A program made the position numbers and the translations under genes. A stretch of 64,000 nt of DNA from Phoronis australis (Eukaryota; Animalia; Phoronida). This document shows positions 13,181 through 26,264 of this stretch, piece by piece. The notes under the pieces are model-generated. The model made no database searches. It saw nothing but the letters and a program-made list of their open reading frames with translations, and had not been told where the DNA came from. Location: positions 26,799 through 90,798 of the forward strand of contig NMRA01000949.1 in assembly GCA_002633005.1 (NCBI GenBank). The letters run 5' to 3'. Positions within the stretch are counted from its first letter, which is position 1; each line of letters starts with the position of its first letter.

Positions 13181-16100
13181 ATGTCTTAACCTGTTCACCC
13201 GAAAGAATTTGTAGCGTCAATCACGTGTAGCCTATGTACCTGTCTGTTCTAATTCAGAAATTGATTATTTAAACAGATAGCCAAGAATAACTGCATGACT
13301 TGACCAATTTAATTTGCGATAACATTCGCCAACACTCACTGTACATCAAAGTAAATATGCAAGATCTCAAAATTGTGAAACTGTTTCTAGTTTGTACGGA
13401 ATCCTACAATTCGATGTTGAAATAGCAAAATTTGTGCAAGACATTGTGGACTTGTCTGCATGATTTTCCACTTCTGTTGATGGTTATAGAGCCAACGTCG
13501 AAATACTGTTTTAAACATAACGGAAACAACCAAGCAATGATTTCTTGAGCTCCTTTTTCCTCAAGCGAAAATCGTATTTCAGTAGCTAAACACAATTGTC
13601 GTTTTACGATTGTATTTGTGCAAGCACTTGCAACCGGGAAATTCTTGATTTGTTTTTAGTGACACAGGATGAATGAATTTAAACTGGCTGAACCTCACTC
13701 CAAGTATCCTGAACAAACAAAACAAAACTAATAAAAATAATACTTTCCATCTACGTGTGATGGATTTCAAACTTATAACGAATTAGCCCAATGGCGTGAT
13801 CAACACGGCCAGTCTGTTGTCCTGACGACTTTCACAAGAGGATTCTCCGAAGAGAGGACTCGAACGTTTGCTAACATTTTTTACAATAGAGGCAAGAACT
13901 TCAAACGTTCAGCAGGCTGTCAATTTTATGTGTTGAACTTGTCCTGATATTGAACTTCTTTTAATGCCTATTTTTCGGTGGCGATCTAATTGTGACAAAG
14001 ACTAACAACTATGAATGAAGCACTTTGGAAATATCCCCCATCAGCATCTCAGCACTGCTCGATGCGTCTTTCCTAATTGAAAAAAAAATACCCTCTTCTC
14101 TATGGAATACATCGGTCGAGCGAGTAATAGACACACTGCCGAAAAAACGTTCATAAGCTGCGTTGGGAATAATATTTTTCGCAGCCGGATCTACAGCGTT
14201 TGTTCGCAATGAAATTATGCAGGTTTATGTAAAGCTTCGATTCCCTAGCCTGAGCAAAAACATTAACAAAGGTTAAGGTCTCTTGGGAGAATCAACCGGC
14301 ATTTTGTTTTTCACCCATGAAGTGTCATTCCTCGTGACCGATTCTTCAACCGGGGCACCAACACGTCTATAATAGCTGACTCTACAGTTAGGAAATTTTA
14401 AATTTCAGTTAACCCCTTAAAGATCAAAACGATCACACAACGTTTTTAAAAATCTTTGACACTAACACCTAATTTTGCCGTTGTCTAAAATTATGAGCCT
14501 TTACTGTGACGTAATTTCCGTAAAAACGTAACCTCGTGCTCCGCCGACTAAATTCATGTCATTTTACCCGACTTGGTGCACTTCTAGTGTATTTGCTAAA
14601 AACGACCCTAGCACCTCATGATCCACCGTAGAATGGGACAGTTTCCTTCCCCACAATGCAAAGTTTTATTAAGGTACATCCGGTTGAACCACTCATAATT
14701 TGGCTGTATACATGGACCAGAGTGAATCAAAGTTTGCATCAGTTCATATAAACATATATATTTATAAGTATTTCCAAAAATGTTTATTACATTGCAAACA
14801 TTCCAAAACTGAATATCTTGATTGGTATTTTCGATCTGCAACAACAAACGAACCATTTTCTATGTCTGCTATGTTTTCACATGAAGGAGCACTAATGCTT
14901 TAGTACAAGAAAGCCCTCAGGTCTGACAAGCTTGAAGGCCTTGAAAAGATTGTTGTGTTTAAATGGACGTCTCCTTCATAATGACTGGCTAAATTACAAA
15001 TTACGAACCTGATTACTCAATAGCTCAAAATACGTACTCAAATTTCCAATAGCATGATAGAAAATACTTTCCACCCTCAAAGAATTCACCGGGGCGTCAT
15101 CCGGGCATAGGGGTTAAACAATCACCGGCTGTCGGCACAGGGTTGGCTCACCCTCCAAATAAACTTAAACTGCATCATATCAATCGCCTGCGATACGCAA
15201 GTTTTTGATGGGAGAAATCAATCGCTGTCACGAAAATTGAAATTTGACGACAAACTTGTTACTGTTGATCAGCCAAATTCACAACTTTCAATTTTAAGTC
15301 TTAAGTATTGACAGAGGACATATCACAGTCTTTTTAAACTAAACATTTTTAGGGAAATTTCATTTGTTCACTTAAAATAAAACTCTAAAAATCTCCAAAA
15401 ATTGCACACTTATAGACTATGTACACTTGTCATGGTGAAAATATAAAATTTCAAGATTCAAAATGTTCTACATGCATGTGTGTTTCCATAATGCATTGAA
15501 ACTTTTTCTTGATTTTATCATATATAAAGCTACCTTACACAAACTTGTTCTTTTCTTTCCTTATGTCCTATTCCCTAACTGTTACTTATGATTATGATAT
15601 CTATTTAAAATCCTGCATTTGTCTTTACTGTTACCGCTCAAGATAAGCCGTAATGAGCAGCAGTTGCAAGGGGAGTTTATTTTTGCTGTAGCGCACCGGC
15701 CTGTGGAATTCGGAGGGTAGACGAGCCTCAGTAGGAAAAAACACGAGCAAGCAACGTGATATGTATCCCCATCGTCTACAACTTTTACTTTTTTCCGTTT
15801 ATTTCGAGCAATTTGCTGTAAAGACGGATCCATCTTTTTACGAAAGTGAAATCATAGGTTTCTGGAGATAATTCTCTGTCACAAACGATGAGTTACAAAA
15901 CCCGTAATTAAATTAAGTGTCGTGATCTCTGCGCCCAGTGGTCTATAGAAGTGTAAACAATTGAAATCGTTCCCATGGTTTTGGTTTGACGCTTCGGCTA
16001 AAAAGGGAGGGTCTAGAGCCCCTAGACCCATCCCATGGATTCTCCTAAGTTACATAGTATATGATTTGCTTCTCTCCTTCCAATATATAACGCCATTATC

Positions 16101-19100
16101 AGTACAATTGTATCGTATTACTTTATCTTACTAAACGTGTTTCTACAGTGTATCAATTCTTGTGTTCGATAAATGTAATAGATAAACGAAATAAGGCACG
16201 GAACGCACCGTAATTGTATAAAGACAGTGTCGGCATTTGTTATAATAGGCCTAAATGGTGTGGGTTGGTGGCGATAGGATGAAGATGGTGGCTTTAATTT
16301 TTGGTGTGCATCCATCCTCAACCAGTCTCTGAGACAGTACAGTCAGTCTTGTACAAATCACATCACTACATGTGTTTCCAACCAAACGCGTATCTAATGA
16401 TAGACTTTCGGGTGTTCAAGGTGCATTTGAAATGCCTTTTATCGTGAATTAATGGCTGGCGAAGTTTTGTGAAGTTTGACGGTGCCTGGCAGAGCCTATG
16501 CATTTATGTCATGCGCATCTTGATCCGATCTTGCTACAGTTGGCGCAGGGTTTCGGCACCGTTCGGCAAATGTTTGCATGACGCGATGGAAAATTTGTTT
16601 TGATTGGTTGTTTACGTGACGTAACAGCTTTATTAGCAATCAGGCATATCCTAATCGGATCTAATTGGTTTATTAAGTTACTAATTGGTGGTCTGTCGAC
16701 AGGTGGACCTAATATAAAGTTGTGTTCTCACCAGCTCAGTGAGGTTAGAATTCTACCACAACTTTAATTGCTATTGATGCAACACCTAAAATCAAATTTC
16801 CTGGTTTTAGTCACTAGACCTTGTGTCATTCATTGAATTTGTTTCAAATACTCAATGTGTTTGAACGTTTACAACACCTGACCGTTCACACCAAGTTATA
16901 GCCGCTTCAACTGTTCGATAAATCTCCTTCACAAAAGATTATCAACTTTTACAAAGTTTGAACTGACCGCTTTGGCGTGAACAATAAATAAGTCGAGGTG
17001 CATGCACGCTACGAACGCATCGGACGTTGACATGAAGAGAGCTGTGAATTCGACGTCGCAATATAAATTATAACTGAAGAGCGTTCTATTTTTGAGTTGG
17101 GTCGAGTACTATTTAACTGAATCCCCCTTTCTTGAAACCTGTAAGTTCTACTCTAGATGATCACGTCGAGAAAAATGTTTACATATTCTATTTTTAAGCG
17201 AGGGGTGTTTGTTGTTGCGAAGGGTTTCGAATGTACGTTTTGAAAAAAGCAATCTCACCAAGAGGGCTCTCTACACTACACAAGTGAAATGAGATATATT
17301 TTGTGAGGGTAGAGCGATTGTTAGGGTGCATAGTCTTAGTTTGGCACTCCATACATCCCAGTAGCCACCAAATCCTCCCCCCAACTCTTCCAATATCACT
17401 CCTCCCTAAAAGTTCTCACCCCCCCGCTCCTCCCTCGTCGCCACGCATCCTTTCCTCACCAATAACCTTCCTCAAATTGCCAATTATTCCTAAAAAAAAT
17501 CTGCTGTCAACTATTTTCTACATAAGCCAAAGAAATCCGCAACTATAGGAACGTTGCCAGTTCTACGATGGACAATCGTATTTAGAGATTATTGCTGGTT
17601 GAGATAGATTTCTTGAAGATTGGCTTTGGCCAGAACAATTATGTACAATACAAGCCGTTGTCGTCTGTGGTTCTATAATAGATCGTCAACTCACGCCTTT
17701 GACAGCGTTGTCTGCCAGACATCAGCTGAAATCAAGGCCGGTGACTTTACCTGTGAACTTAATATAATTATGCGCTAAAATACTCGTTTAACGGGTTGGA
17801 GGTAACTCTGGCGGCAGAGCGGTTGACTACCACCTCGTGGGTTGTGAATTTGGTTCCGAGCTAAGATTGATCTCTGAATAACATTTTTCTCGACCGTAAT
17901 GTCTCTTCAATGGGCGTGGCACACCCCTCAAGTGTCGCTGTTTTTCTGACCACTTCCCACAAGCGTTTATGAGTTCGAGACTGTCAGACAGATAACACTT
18001 AACCTGTGCAAACTAGCTTAATTTTCTCTGCATGTCTCGTAGTTAAAGGTAATAATTTCGCGGTAATTGCCCGGTGAAATTCTGTCGCTCGAACTGTATT
18101 GTGATTTCCGTCGATGTCCTTTTTATGGCTTGGTGCTGTGCCGTTACGAACTACTCTACATTCTTTTGCAAGGAAATAATTCGTTGACTATAAAATGGGA
18201 GGCAAATTGAACAACCCAGAGGCTGGTGCTAAAAGCGCTTGTTACAAATTCTGGATTCTTCGTAGTCGTGCCAATAGAAAGCCATATTTTCTTTATTATA
18301 CACATGTACCTGCCGTGGAAAAGTGTGGTATGCATATAGCGCAGGTAGTCCATACAAATTGTGCATAAATGACCTTTTTGTAAACGACGTTCTTAAAAAT
18401 ATCTAAGAGCTCATTTTATGCCCACTTGCGAATGACGGACTTCGGGCGAGGGACCACAGCCCCTTCCCAACGGACATGATCCAAAATAGCTGCCAGCTTG
18501 TCGTTTTTAGGGGCTTTTAATGCTGACATTTCCTTCTAAAATTGTAGTTGGCCCTCCCTCATGACATCCTAGACACACTAATGAGAGAAAAATTAATTTA
18601 TAATACTTTATTTCTGTCTTCTTTCGCGTAAAAGTGTCATTCCAAAATCAACATGCATCCAAAGCAATGTCTTTTATACCGAGGTGTTGTTTTTTTTTTT
18701 TTTTTTAAATACAGATGCTATTAACGCACAACATCAGGAATATCTGGACCACCTGAAACAACTGTTGTTGATATATAATCGATCAAACACGTCTGTAATT
18801 GTGCTGTGAAAAGCTGCGCATGACTTTGAATTGCAACATAGATTTTGATCTCAACATCTGCGCCACAGTCACCCATCTTGAAAGCACCTATCTAGTGAAG
18901 AGTATCAGAAACGTTTGACTTAATGGCTGATGGGTGTGCGTAGAAACACCTATAAACGAATATCATCGATAGTCGTATTTTTCAGATAGCAGCTTACCTT
19001 TCGTACCACGGAATTCTATTTCCGTCTGATGCTGGAGGTTATCGCAGCCAAGTCGAGACTGTTCATTGGGTCTGTTAAGTGAATATGGTGTTTAACAAAA

Positions 19101-19117
19101 CATAACTTGATGAAAAC

Positions 19118-19362
19118 NGGGGGGGAGCTCAGGGGCGACGAACGAGCCCCTCAATTTGGCGAAATGGGCAAAAAGGCCCACATCAGTGAAAAAATGTCCG
19201 AGTAAACGACACAAAAGTCCACAAAGGACACAGGAAAGCGTCGCAGATACACAACTCGTAGGCGCCTTTATATTTTTTTAGTCCTCGTTGATTTTCTTCG
19301 GTAAAAGGCACCCATATCGAGAAATTCGAGACCCCCAATTTTGTAGGCTGGGTGCACGCATG
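19118..19362 (+). mobile_element. MITE family A copy (left end lost at an N/G-run)
   Basis: G-run-agctcaggggcgacgaacgagcccctcaatttggcg ... ctgggtgcacgcatg. Confidence 0.85.
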
Positions 19363-22300
19363 AAATGTGAGAACGCAACCACCACTTATCACTCTAGTTT
19401 CGCCTCCGCCACCACCCGAGGTCGACACCAGATCCCCGACAACTGTTTTTATTACGGCCTTGGTCGCTTTCGAAGGACCGGTAAACGTTAACGGGGTCTA
19501 AAGGGGAAGGGTACCTAAGTAAGATTCTCCCCTCTCGCCACCACTTCAACCTCACACTGATCGTCGTTAATTTTGCACCCATCTTCCCATCGGCGTGATA
19601 ACTATTGAGAGGGGAAGGGGGGGGAGGGGAGCAGCCTTGTTTTCGCAACCACTTTTGTAACCAAGCTTCAACAAAGTCTCGCAAGAAAGGGTCACTTTTT
19701 AGACATATGTACTGTTATAGTAGGATTCTGACCAGTAGGGGTATCTTTTACGGATTCTACTTTTTAGGATGCCAAAAAGATGTACTACCAAAAGCATTCT
19801 TTAGAGGTATAGAGGTATTACAGCAAACCCCTACCGCGTGATACGGGATCCGAATAAGTACGTGGAGAGACACTCTCACCTCGGAATGAGTTGATGGGAT
19901 ACCGTGTCGGAATTCGATTATGGTGTCGCCTATTACCAAATGTGGGTCTCAGGCCAAAATTCATTTGTGTAGAGATCAGTTTGAGGAAAATCTATGATCA
20001 CGCTTTGAAGGTTTATACTTTGAAAGATTTTTTTTCCAGGGGCCCTCTTACACTGCCGAAGAGTCTGTCTGTCTGAATTCTTTGTTGAAAACGGCTACTT
20101 GAGTTTCAGAAGGATGCCTCCAGGAGCATGTAAAATAATATCAAACTGCGCGAGTTTCATCACCCTACGTAGATATTCACCGAAACACCAATTTATTAGA
20201 AAGTAATTTCCGAATGGCAAAAATCACCTAATGATTTTTGTTATTTGAGACAGGATGACAGAGACGCTGCCGGATTTGAGTCTGCATCGAAATTCACCGA
20301 AGTATCATCAATTCCTTGCCAGCTTATAACAGTGAAAATCGTCTATAAGTCATTCGAGTCTCGTATATCCATAAAAACATGTGCAATAGCAGTTCATCTG
20401 AACAAAATAACCCTTAAGATGTTGGGTCAGCAGTTGGCAACACAACGTAAACACTGAAGACCGGCACATTACGAACTTTGAGTTAACTGCTGGTTGTTAA
20501 TTTGCAAGACTTTTATTTAAAGTTCACAGTAAACGGAATTTTGAAGCAAGTCCCGAAGGGGTACGCTCGGATACAAGTGTTTGACGGTTATCCTAGGTAA
20601 CTGGAAGTTTGAAGGTCATCCCCACAAAGTTTTCAGAATGTTTTTGCGTTAAAACGAATTCTGGTTCATTCCAGTAGTATAGCCTGTCACAGTTGTTCAC
20701 GATTAACACTGCATGCGCTTTGAACTCGTGTACATTGAAATCGAGAGTCTTCCTGACAGTCTGATTAACAAAGCCAGTTTCTCAAGAATACCCCCCTCTT
20801 CATCAAAAACGATCTTGAAAAGCAATACTGTTTTGGTTGCCTCGGCCTCTTGTCTTGATGACCTTGTGCTTTGCAAGAACGTACTCTGTAGTCTTCATCC
20901 TAATTTGATTTTTTTTATATTCCGCTATTCAGTGACGGATTCACAAAGTGCAAAAGAGCAATTTCCCCAGGCAGCCCCTTTAAGAAAGGACACCGTCTGA
21001 GTAGCGCTCCTTAACATGAAAAGTACGCTGATCACATGAAAATGTATATTATGTTTAAACATGTCGGAAAGAGTGACAGGAAATTCCATCATAAGGCCAT
21101 CTTCTTTCCATCACCAGGTTACCTTCCTCAATATAGAAAGGTTGTACAAATTCACAAAAACACGAAAAGACTTTTTCTGTTATTGGCTCCTTAAGAAAAG
21201 AACACAGGCACTAGAAAAACTGGAAGATGTTACGCCACAAACGCCGCCCTCTCCAAGAGCTGGGACTGATATCAAATGATATACAATTTCAAAAAAAAAA
21301 CTCGAAAACTTGATCGACAGATTACTTCATTATCTACCCAGAGAAAGGTTTTTGAAAAAATGCGATTTTATATTCCCGAAAATCTTTCTTCTTAAATATA
21401 AAAATCTAAATCAATTTCGTCCTGAAAATCTCCGCATATCGTCGATGATTTTACCCACACCTGTCGCATAACATGACTTCAACGTTAGTCGCTATTTTCA
21501 TTTCGTGCACCGATATTCCCCAGCAGAAATACATCTCGTGACACACGCACGCACACACATACACAGGCGCGCACACGCACGAATACAGGATCAGGGCTAA
21601 AAGATTATATACAGACTTTTCATGCGCTGACAGGCCTACTACTGCTGTATTTAATTATTGGATCTATCAATACATCTGTAAGCCATTCCATTAACTTGTT
21701 CAGTCGTAGCTAAATGTTGCAAATGAACCGCATAATCCCGCAATTCTGGTCGATTATAAGCGCTGAGACATCACTCTAAGTTGTCAACAACCAAGATGCT
21801 GGCTCATGGCGATTCCCACCTAAAGTGACGGCACGTGCCGCGCAAATGAGTGCTATTTACAACCAGTTTCCCTAAACCGATACCAAAGTCTGTTATGGCG
21901 AATTCACCCAAAACTGGCTCTGTCTGTACCATTAGGTAGAATGTCCCAAAGAAAGACAAATGATAGCATATCCTAATGTTACAAGCGCACAGAGACAGGT
22001 TTTGCAGCTGTGTGTATCGTCATATATGTATTGATCGAGCAAATAACGTTGCGCACACGTACGACATCTCACAGGTGTTCATTGAACTAGGCAAGAAACG
22101 CTTTCTAGCTGTACAGGGGAAGTCACTCGTCGTTGGATGCATCGCGACTGTTTTGTTAAATTTCAAACCTATTCAAGTGACTGTGGAGGCAGTTGGGTTG
22201 GCAATCTAACTGTACCCCAGTGGATCATGCTTAGAGAAATTTCTCCACAGCCGACGGGTAACTCTCCAAAAAACATGGTTTTCCGAAAGAGCGCTCACCA

Positions 22301-23980
22301 CGAACGAGCCTCCATGAGGAGAATACGTATCAGAAAAGAACCCTCTCTCACATTAGGAATCGTTTTACGTGCCAGAACAAGCACACATGAAAATTATAGC
22401 AAAAGAAAATCCATTTCTAATGCTTTTATCATTAAAAGGTCTGCAAACATATGTCAAATGACTAGTTGTCAGTGAAGGCGTTTCAGGAAGTTTCTTTTCT
22501 TTTACAGACAAAGTGAACCTTTGCCTTTAGCGAATCAGTTGGCTAAAAACCCCCTTTCGTAAGAAAATTTTCGATTTAGGGGACATGACGCAGAAAATCT
22601 GGGTTAGTTCCATAGACACAAGAATCTCGCGAAGGAAGTTAGTGTGAGCACACGCTTCGCTTTTAATACATGAAATTATCTTGCGAAGCCTCGTGTCATC
22701 TTGTGTTTTGGCGAGATCTTCACGTCTACGGAACACACGACAGGCCCTGTAACGTGTTCACCCGGATTAGAGTTGCTTCGTGTGATTGTGGAGAACTCAA
22801 AGGTCGTTATTGCTTGAGACCTGGCTCAATAAATTGGTTGTCACGGCGCGTTATTTCACGTGCCGAACATAGTCTCAAGCGCGCGTAGTTCTTTTCTAGT
22901 CCAGAAATCGTTCTTCGCGCCAACTTGAGACCAATTTTTAACGAAAAGTGGTCGAAATCAAACGATGGTTCCTTGGTCGACTTTAATCTGTTTTCCTTAC
23001 TAAACAAACTAAACTTACAAATATTATTCATTTAGTAACGTTTAGATTTATTTTTAAAAGTTGAATTTAAAAATTTTTAGTTAATAATAAAGCAAGCCTC
23101 TTCTACATGAAGAATGTATAAGAATTCCGAAGCTGTGCTTTTCTTGAAATGAGGCATGTAGATAGATTACGCTCTATAAAGATAATTTCTTGCTAGTTCA
23201 TGACGTGAAATCACACCTGTTCCGCGAATAAGCTCCGCACTTTGCTAGCGTGCACTTGCCAAATTGTCGCAAATGAAACGATTAGTCGACTAGGCTGGAA
23301 TGTTGAATTATGGGACGAAATCGATGTCCACGCTATAACACTTCTCGCTGCACGCATATCGCCAGTGTCTTGCGCTGCGAGGCACGCTTCCCAGATTAAA
23401 ATTTATCATCTAAATTGTGTTGATCGTCGCATCCTCATTAAGTGAACAATAGTTGGTACAAAACACTTTTCATTATTTTTGTTCCGAATGACAGAGGCAG
23501 ATTAACTCTAATGAGATCTTAAACCGCCAACAAATTGGTTGTATTCCCTAAGGGCTTGTCAATACACTGCTGTATTAGAGAACACTGGGTGTTCGTAACG
23601 ATACTAAGATTGTAATTGCAATTACAATAGAGATTTTACTGAACTGATGAATTTCCGGTCAGCTGAGGCCAAAGAAGCACGCATGTCTCTGATCTGTGTG
23701 TTTTTTTGAAAATCGAGTTGATGCTACCTGAAACGAGCAAGGCGATGGTGCTTGATTCAGCTCACCACTTGGCAAGTCATGGCGTTTCAAACATTCTTGA
23801 TTACTCATTCTCATTTACCCTTGCTTTACAATAAAAACACTAGACGCATATAATCAGCACTGATATTTGCCTTTTTGTCAACATTTCTACAAAATCTGCG
23901 ACACTTGGTATCAATATTGCAACTGGAAATACAATTATACGAAGTTTCCCGCATTACAGAGAGGAATTACATACATGTAA

Positions 23981-24251
23981 CATGCGCACACTCAGGGGGG
24001 CTCGCCTCGAGGAGCTCGAACGAGGCCCCCATTTGGCGAAGTGGCAAAAAGGTCCGCTTCAGAGAAACAAAAAGCCCGAGAAAACGAGAGTCCACTAAAA
24101 AGGCGGAAACGCACAGTTCATAGCACGTACATGTCCGATCTAAGTACTGTTTTTTCCCTTTTTTTCGATCGACTATCGACTATTTTGTTAGTAAAAGGTC
24201 CACATCGCCAGGTTTTCGAGCCCCCCATATAGAAGGATGAGTGCGCGCACG
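23981..24251 (+). mobile_element. MITE family A copy, full length
   Basis: TIRs catgcgcacactc ... gagtgcgcgcacg, flanked by tgtaa / tataa (imperfect 5-bp TSD). Confidence 0.85.
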
Positions 24252-25646
24252 TATAACAAGCACATGAGGCAGTGACTTGTACATTTACATATAAAGAAGC
24301 AAGACGGACATGTGTTGCATTTGTCCATTAAAATGAGTGTGGCGTCGCTCTGCTATTTCAAGACAGCATTTTGCGAACATTTCAATTCTATGTTCCCCAA
24401 CACCTAAATGAATAACATTTAAACGCAAGTTTTATTTTACGAAAGATACTGAAGAAACAATGTTAGAATCGAAACATTTTCTTGACTTATTTTTTTTGGG
24501 GGGGGGGGAACAACGTGGCAGAATAAATGTCCACTGAGGTCGGCCGTATCGTGCCAGTGCTAAATAGAAAACCATTTAACGTACAAGTATATGTTTTATT
24601 TTGGCCTCGTTTTAAACAATTTTTATTATTGATCATTTAATTACACAAGGGATAGACGAATTAGAACGAATGGACGGCTGCATGACGTCACGCTTTATCC
24701 GAAACTTGCATACGGTATGATTTAGATTCTGAAAAGCGATAACATATGTCCGGCCTTTCGTTTTTTCTTTAACGCACCGCCAAATAAAAAGCGACCGTTT
24801 GAAACACACGCAGATACAGAAGCCGCCTGTGAGATAAACAAAAGAAAATCGATGGTTGAGAAGAACACGTTGGGATTAGTTCCAGAAACAGTGCATGTGG
24901 TTACGGTATGCCTTGACTTAAAATAGGTGAAACTCTTCAAAAGATTTTGGAAAAAAGATCATGTTGCAAACACGGCTGCTTTTATTCGAACACAGTCCTG
25001 GAAATTAGGCCTAAATCATTATAAAGTTTGATCACTTTGTCCGTCCCTCGATTTTTTTCAGCAATGAAAACGAAATGCATCAAAGCAGAGCGCCCCCGGC
25101 GGTAGAGACTCTAGAAGCATGATGTTTAACCACCAACCTCATCGACGAGGAGTGAGGATAGGGCAAGGAAAAAAATAAATTATTTGAAAGGGTCTAATCG
25201 ATTTTAGGTCAAGATGGGATGGGCCTTTGGAGGATATTAGCTTGGGCCAGGAATAGTCTTTTACCCTTCCATTTATCGACTGAGTTTTACTTCTGCTACA
25301 CGTAGCAAAGAATTCGACTGCGGCTACTGAGGTTGAGAGCTCGATTTCGGAATGGGGCTGATCACAGAATACCACCTTTATCCCCGCATTGTAAAGACCT
25401 GGGCCTACGGGGACAAAGGTTATTACTCGAAATCGAAATTGAAATGATTATGGGCCAGATTTTGTATTCTAACTAACGATAAGTGTCTATTTTCCTGTGA
25501 TCCAGTACGTAATGGCTCATCGTGGGTAATTGTTTAATCCCAGTTTAGACCCGGAGCCCATCTCGAGTTCGCTCAAAATTAGAACGGAAATGTCATAAAA
25601 TAATCTCGAGTTCAATTTCGGGTACAAAGATTAGACCCAGGGTCCT

Positions 25647-25934
25647 GGGATATGTTTTATGAAAAGTGACATTATTTTTTGAGTCAAGTCAGAAACTTGG
25701 TTTTACGCTCCACACAACTATTTCAGAAAAATAATTAAATCTCACTTCAGCAAAAGTGCAAATTATGTGAAAGTATGCATATAGCTGCTAGCTACTTAGA
25801 TAATTTCCATAAATTATTTATAGACTGTGATCCTCTCAAAATTACTTGACTAAGCCTCTTTAGCAAATTGAGAAGTGGGAGGGTCAGACCAAATGTCTGT
25901 GTTAAGTCTTAAGTCACTTTCAAAAAACAGCCTC
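25647..25934 (+). mobile_element. MITE family B copy, full length
   Basis: TIRs gggatatgttttatgaaaagtgac ... gtcactttcaaaaaacagcctc with the B core. Confidence 0.65.
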
Positions 25935-26013
25935 TGAATTGCAATGCTGTTAAAAACAGACTAAAGCCCTACCTTCAAACTTTTGGCCGTTTACGATTCT
26001 ACTATTGAATGGG

Positions 26014-26264
26014 CATGCGCACCCGGGGGGGGGCTCGGGGGACTCAAAGGAGCCCCCCATTTGGCGAAGTAGGCAAAAAGGTCCGCCTCTGAGAAACAAA
26101 AAGTCCGAGAAAACGAGACAAAAGTCCACTAAAATGGCATAAACGCACATTTACGGCTCCAAACGTGGTCCTCCATTTTTTCTAGTCTTCCCGCTTTTTT
26201 GTTTGTAAACGGTCCGCATTTTCTGAAATCCGAGCCCCCATATTAAAGGCTGAGTGCGCGCATG
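26014..26264 (+). mobile_element. MITE family A copy, full length
   Basis: TIRs catgcgcaccc ... gagtgcgcgcatg, flanked by atggg / gtggg (imperfect 5-bp TSD). Confidence 0.85.

Noticed and set aside
14409-15117. piggyBac-like TTAA-CCCC...GGGG-TTAA segment
   Set aside because: Only 5 bp of inverted match inside the TTAA sites, which is not enough support.
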